This document shows, one piece after another, positions 57,623 to 64,000 of a DNA stretch of 64,000 bases. Location: the NCBI GenBank assembly GCA_965205505.1, contig CBDBHB010000009.1, forward strand, positions 2,848,001 to 2,912,000, read 5' to 3'. The translations under genes were made by a program, and so were the position numbers. The stretch is from Acidobacteriota bacterium. Lineage in GTDB: Bacteria > Acidobacteriota > UBA890 > WLXD01. The notes beneath the pieces were generated by a model that worked only from the letters and a program-made list of their open reading frames with translations, was not told the origin of the DNA and made no database searches. How positions within the stretch are numbered: position 1 is the first letter of the stretch; each line of letters starts with the position of its first letter.

Positions 57623-58678
57623 CTAGGCGGCACAGATCTGACGGCAAAGCGCCTCCAGCTTCCCCCGGGCTGGCCTCAGCCTGTCCGCTCCGTGGCGTAC
57701 ATCACGTAACCGCTTGATGAACAGATCGGTGTCCGCGCAGGCGCCGATCGCGTCCGTGAGGGGCCCGCGCGCCGCGCGCCGGGCCCGGTCCAATACGGCG
57801 CCTCGTTGCTGCCAGCGACCGCCGATGGCTTCCATGCTTTGGCGCCTCGAAACGCCGGTGGCGGCGACGTCGTGCGCGATCACCAGCTGTCGTGTGATCC
57901 AGGCAATCATTGCCAGCACCCTCGACGGCTCCTCACCATCATCCAACAGCACGTTGAGTAGTCGCAGGGCCCCTTCAGGATCGGCTCGTACCAGGGCGTC
58001 GGTCAGCTCGAACACCGAGTACCCCCGGCTGCGCCCCAACAGCCCCTCGAGATCGTTGGCGTGGATCTGGCCACCATCACCGACATACAACATCGCCTTT
58101 TCGAGCTCCTGCTCGAGCGCCGTGATGCTCGTTCCGGCCATCGCGATCATGTACTCGAGCGCATCGGCAGCAATCTCGTGCCCACGCGCGCGTGCGCTCC
58201 CTTCGAGCCAGCGGCGTACGTCCGACTCTCGGCGCGGCGGCTCACAGTCGACCACAGTAGCCGCTGCCGCCACGGTCTTGTATGCGAGCTTGCGCTTGTC
58301 GAGCTTCGAGGCCTCCAACACGAGGCAAGTCGTGTCGACCGGATGGCTCAGGTAGGCGGAAAGCTCGTCGATCTGCGCGAGATCCATGTGTTCGAAACGT
58401 GACACCCAGACGAGACGAGCGGGGCCGTCCGCCGCCATCGCGAACAACGACAGTGAACGTGCCGCGTCGATCATGTCGGCGAGCGAAACGCTCGCCCCAT
58501 CGATCCGGTCTATGGTGCCGGGACCGTCACCGCGCTGCTCGAACGCATCGACGAAAGCCTCAGCCACGTGGCGACGAAGCGCGTCTTCCTGCCCCAGCAC
58601 AAGGTACACGGGCGCGATGCGATCCTCGCTCAGGGAACGGCGGACCTCCGGGATCGTCGTTGGCTTCCTGCTGGCCAC
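57623..58678 (-). CDS. holA: DNA polymerase III delta subunit
   Basis: PVYLVLGQE, SLFA, QELEK, VFELTDA; in leuS-lptE-holA-rpsT synteny. Confidence 0.88.
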   Translation of the reverse strand: MASRKPTTIPEVRRSLSEDRIAPVYLVLGQEDALRRHVAEAFVDAFEQRGDGPGTIDRIDGASVSLADMIDAARSLSLFAMAADGPARLVWVSRFEHMDLAQIDELSAYLSHPVDTTCLVLEASKLDKRKLAYKTVAAAATVVDCEPPRRESDVRRWLEGSARARGHEIAADALEYMIAMAGTSITALEQELEKAMLYVGDGGQIHANDLEGLLGRSRGYSVFELTDALVRADPEGALRLLNVLLDDGEEPSRVLAMIAWITRQLVIAHDVAATGVSRRQSMEAIGGRWQQRGAVLDRARRAARGPLTDAIGACADTDLFIKRLRDVRHGADRLRPARGKLEALCRQICAA

Positions 58679-58693
58679 GCCGGCGATTCGCCC

Positions 58694-59242
58694 TCAGAAG
58701 CCCTCGAGAATGCTCGACACCACCGCGCGGGCGAACTCCACCGAGATCTCGTCGATCGACGACACCTCGATATCGACCTGCCCCTCCGATGACGCCGGGA
58801 ACTCGAACTGCTCCTGGTACTGGAAGGCACTGTTAGTAAACAGCACCTCGTTGGCGACGAGGTCGGTGAAGGTGACTCGTGCTCGAATCGTTACCTGCCA
58901 CGTATCGGCCCGGTCGCGTGGATTGATCCCAATCGGGGTTACGGTGAACGATTGGATCTCGCCCTGCAAGACGCCGTCAGCGCCCGTTTGGCTACCCACT
59001 ATGCGGTAGTTGCCGCGCGAGACGAACTCGCGGGTCACCGCGTCGGTCACGCGTACCTCTAGTTCGAAACGCGGCGTCAAGTTCACGAACGTCGGAATAG
59101 CGACGACACGGATGTAGTCGGGAAGAAACGCACCTGACCCAACCAGGGTGTATCCGCACGACAGGCACGCCCCCAGCGTCACTATGGCTGCCACGCGGGC
59201 GAGCCCGGCCGGTCGTCTGCGGTTGCGTTGCCTACCCTTCAT
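58694..59242 (-). CDS. lptE: LPS assembly lipoprotein LptE family
   Basis: lipobox LSCGY, P.F.N.T; position between leuS and holA. Confidence 0.8.
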   Translation of the reverse strand: MKGRQRNRRRPAGLARVAAIVTLGACLSCGYTLVGSGAFLPDYIRVVAIPTFVNLTPRFELEVRVTDAVTREFVSRGNYRIVGSQTGADGVLQGEIQSFTVTPIGINPRDRADTWQVTIRARVTFTDLVANEVLFTNSAFQYQEQFEFPASSEGQVDIEVSSIDEISVEFARAVVSSILEGF

Positions 59243-59259
59243 CTCCCAAACCCATGTCC

Positions 59260-62033
<2,774 letters not shown>

Positions 62034-62037
<4 letters not shown>

Positions 62038-62504
62038 GCGCCGGTTGCCTTGCTTCGACCAGGTTGTGGCTCGAGGCCTACGTCGCCGTTGGCTGGCGAC
62101 TGTTGGAGCCGTCGATAGATTCCATCGAGCACGCCGTTGACGAACGTACCCCCCTGCTCGCCGCTGTAGCGCTTCGCCAGCTCGATCGCCTCATCGATCA
62201 CCACCGCCGCAGGGGTTTCGGACTGATCGAGAAGTTCATAGACCCCCAGCCGCAGGATACCGCGATCGACGCACCCCATACGCTCGAGACGCCAGTTCTC
62301 CGCCTGCTGCTCGATCAGTGGGTCAATGCGGGGCACGGCGTCTACCGTGCCTCTTACCAACACCTCGGCAAACTCGCGCACTCGCCGCGGTTCCGGCTGT
62401 GCCCTCCAGAATCGGTCGAGAAGCCCGTCGAGCTCGGCACCAGTGCTCTCCCATTGATAGAGGCACTGCAATGCACGCTCGCGAGCACGATGGCGGTATC
62501 CCAT
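62034..62504 (-). CDS. nusB: Transcription antitermination factor NusB
   Basis: RARERALQ.LY, W.LERM..VDR.ILR, IDEAIELAK.Y, FVNGVLD. Confidence 0.95.
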
Positions 62505-62508
62505 TGAC

Positions 62509-62994
62509 CTATCGCTCGGCGTCGGCGCTGAACAGGACCGCCATCTCGATCGCTGCGACGGCGGCGTCGACCCCCTTGTTTCCGTGCTCGCCACCGGCGC
62601 GCGCCGCGGCCTGTTCAACGGTGTCGCAGGTCAGGACGCCAAACGTGATCGGTAATCCACTTCGGCGTGCGACGTCCTGCAATCCGGAAGCGGTGGAGTG
62701 GGCCAGCACGTCGTAGTGGGTTGTTTCGCCACGGATGAGGGCGCCCAGGCATACGATGGCGTCGAAACGATTCGTCGAAGCCAGGTGCGCCGCGGCGATC
62801 GGCAGCTCGAAGGCACCCGGCACCCAGGCCGTTGTGATGTCGGATCGGGCAGCCCCGTACTCGAGCAAGGCGCTTAGCGCCCCCTGCCGCAGCCGGGCGG
62901 TGAGCGTCTCGTTGAACCGACTGACCACCACCGCGAAGCGCAGACCGCTAGCGGCGTTGCTTCGCAGCCGGCTGTTGGCACGGGCCTGGCTCAT
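62509..62994 (-). CDS. ribH: 6,7-dimethyl-8-ribityllumazine synthase
   Basis: SRFN, VPGAFELP, IRGET.HY, FGVLT, NKG. Confidence 0.96.
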   Translation of the reverse strand: MSQARANSRLRSNAASGLRFAVVVSRFNETLTARLRQGALSALLEYGAARSDITTAWVPGAFELPIAAAHLASTNRFDAIVCLGALIRGETTHYDVLAHSTASGLQDVARRSGLPITFGVLTCDTVEQAAARAGGEHGNKGVDAAVAAIEMAVLFSADAER

Positions 62995-62997
62995 AGC

Positions 62998-64000
62998 TCA
63001 CCTCTGGTAGCGGGCAACAAGCTCGTTGTGCTCTGCAAGCGTTTGCGAGAAGGCATGTGTGCCGTCATTACGCGATACGAAGTACAAGAAATCGACATCG
63101 GCCGGATAAAGCGCGGCGTCGACGCTCGTCCATCGTGGATTCCCGATCGGCCCGACCGGTAACCCAGGGTAGAGATATGTATTGTATGGAGAATCTCGAC
63201 GCAGGTCTGACTGATAGATGGTGCGGCCTTCGCGGCCCGCCAGGTGTCGGGCGTAGATTACGGTCGGGTCCGTTTGCAGCAACATGCCGCGCGCCAGTCG
63301 GTTGTGGAACACTCCCGAGACCACGGGGCGCTCTTGCGCCGTTTGTGTCTCGGCCTCGATCAACGACGCCAGGGTCACCACCGCGCGCACGCTCATCTCC
63401 AGCTCGGCCGCGCGGCGTCGGTAGGCCGGTGTCCAGGCCTCGTGGAATGCCTCGACCATACGGACGACCAGGTCCTCGGCATGGTCGCTCCGCGGCGCCA
63501 GGTAGGTTTCGGGAAACAGGTATCCCTCGAGCGTGTCCGCCATCGGGTCGAGATCTTCAATCAAGTCGATGCGGCCGGTAGCTGCCAACGCCGCCTCGTA
63601 GGAGTCGAAGCCTGCGACGGCGATCGCTTCGGCCACCTGCCAGCGGGTGGATCCCTCGGTGATCGTCACCGCGTAGAGCCGTACTCGACCGGACGTGACG
63701 ACTTCGGCCACCTCGACCACCGAGTGAATCCCGATAAAGCGGTACTCTCCTGCCTGCACGTCGCCGCTTCTTTCGGTCCACCACAACCAGCCAGTCAGTA
63801 GCGCCGCTGACTCTACGACCCCGGCCTCCTCCATCATGTCGGCGATCTGGCGCGCCGCCATTCGGGGACGGACGACCACGTCCACGTGGTCCCCCTCGTA
63901 GCCTTGGAACGGCGCCCGCACTTGGCGCTGTAGGGTCACCACTGCGATCGCGGCCGTTGCGACGGCGAGCAGCGCCGCCGCTGCGGCCAGCAGCGGGAGG
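62998..64000 (-). CDS. mltG: Endolytic transglycosylase MltG (5'-truncated by window edge)
   Basis: LEGYLFPETY, LASLIE.E, LQTDPTV.Y, SPYNTY..PGLP.GPI.NP, H.FS.T..EH. Confidence 0.94.
   Translation of the reverse strand, partial: LPLLAAAAALLAVATAAIAVVTLQRQVRAPFQGYEGDHVDVVVRPRMAARQIADMMEEAGVVESAALLTGWLWWTERSGDVQAGEYRFIGIHSVVEVAEVVTSGRVRLYAVTITEGSTRWQVAEAIAVAGFDSYEAALAATGRIDLIEDLDPMADTLEGYLFPETYLAPRSDHAEDLVVRMVEAFHEAWTPAYRRRAAELEMSVRAVVTLASLIEAETQTAQERPVVSGVFHNRLARGMLLQTDPTVIYARHLAGREGRTIYQSDLRRDSPYNTYLYPGLPVGPIGNPRWTSVDAALYPADVDFLYFVSRNDGTHAFSQTLAEHNELVARYQR

Overview
GC-rich bacterial chromosomal segment, probably Acidobacteriota (fused LptF-LptG, acidobacterial-type VWA protein, second ParAB pair next to miaB/DUF151). 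Most of the window is intact housekeeping genes: lon, rarA, tsaC, miaB, greA, sppA, uvrD/pcrA, rho, ATP-dependent ligase, etfAB, fixCX, rnz, metK, cca, xerD, dtd, murJ, rpsT, holA, lptE, leuS, nusB, ribH and mltG. The most interesting signal is non-coding. (1) An IS110/IS1111-group element (33363-34767, transposase frameshifted) has a 3' non-coding region that folds into a bridge/seek-RNA-like structure. Its guide AGGUCACU matches the element's own flank AGGCCACT, which is the terminus of a family of CTAG-ended hairpin MITE/REP-like repeats, and empty copies of this target occur elsewhere in the window. (2) A 102-bp mini-derivative of the same IS lies at 27340-27441. (3) One Y-shaped MITE is nested inside another at 8782-9322. 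(4) A ParB with altered DNA-specificity residues is followed by a perfect 22-bp palindrome that may be a non-canonical parS, and DnaA boxes plus an AT-rich tract lie nearby. (5) There are probable non-canonical start codons and a cluster of decayed accessory genes between about 33 and 45 kb. All family assignments come from motif recognition by eye; no database searches were run.
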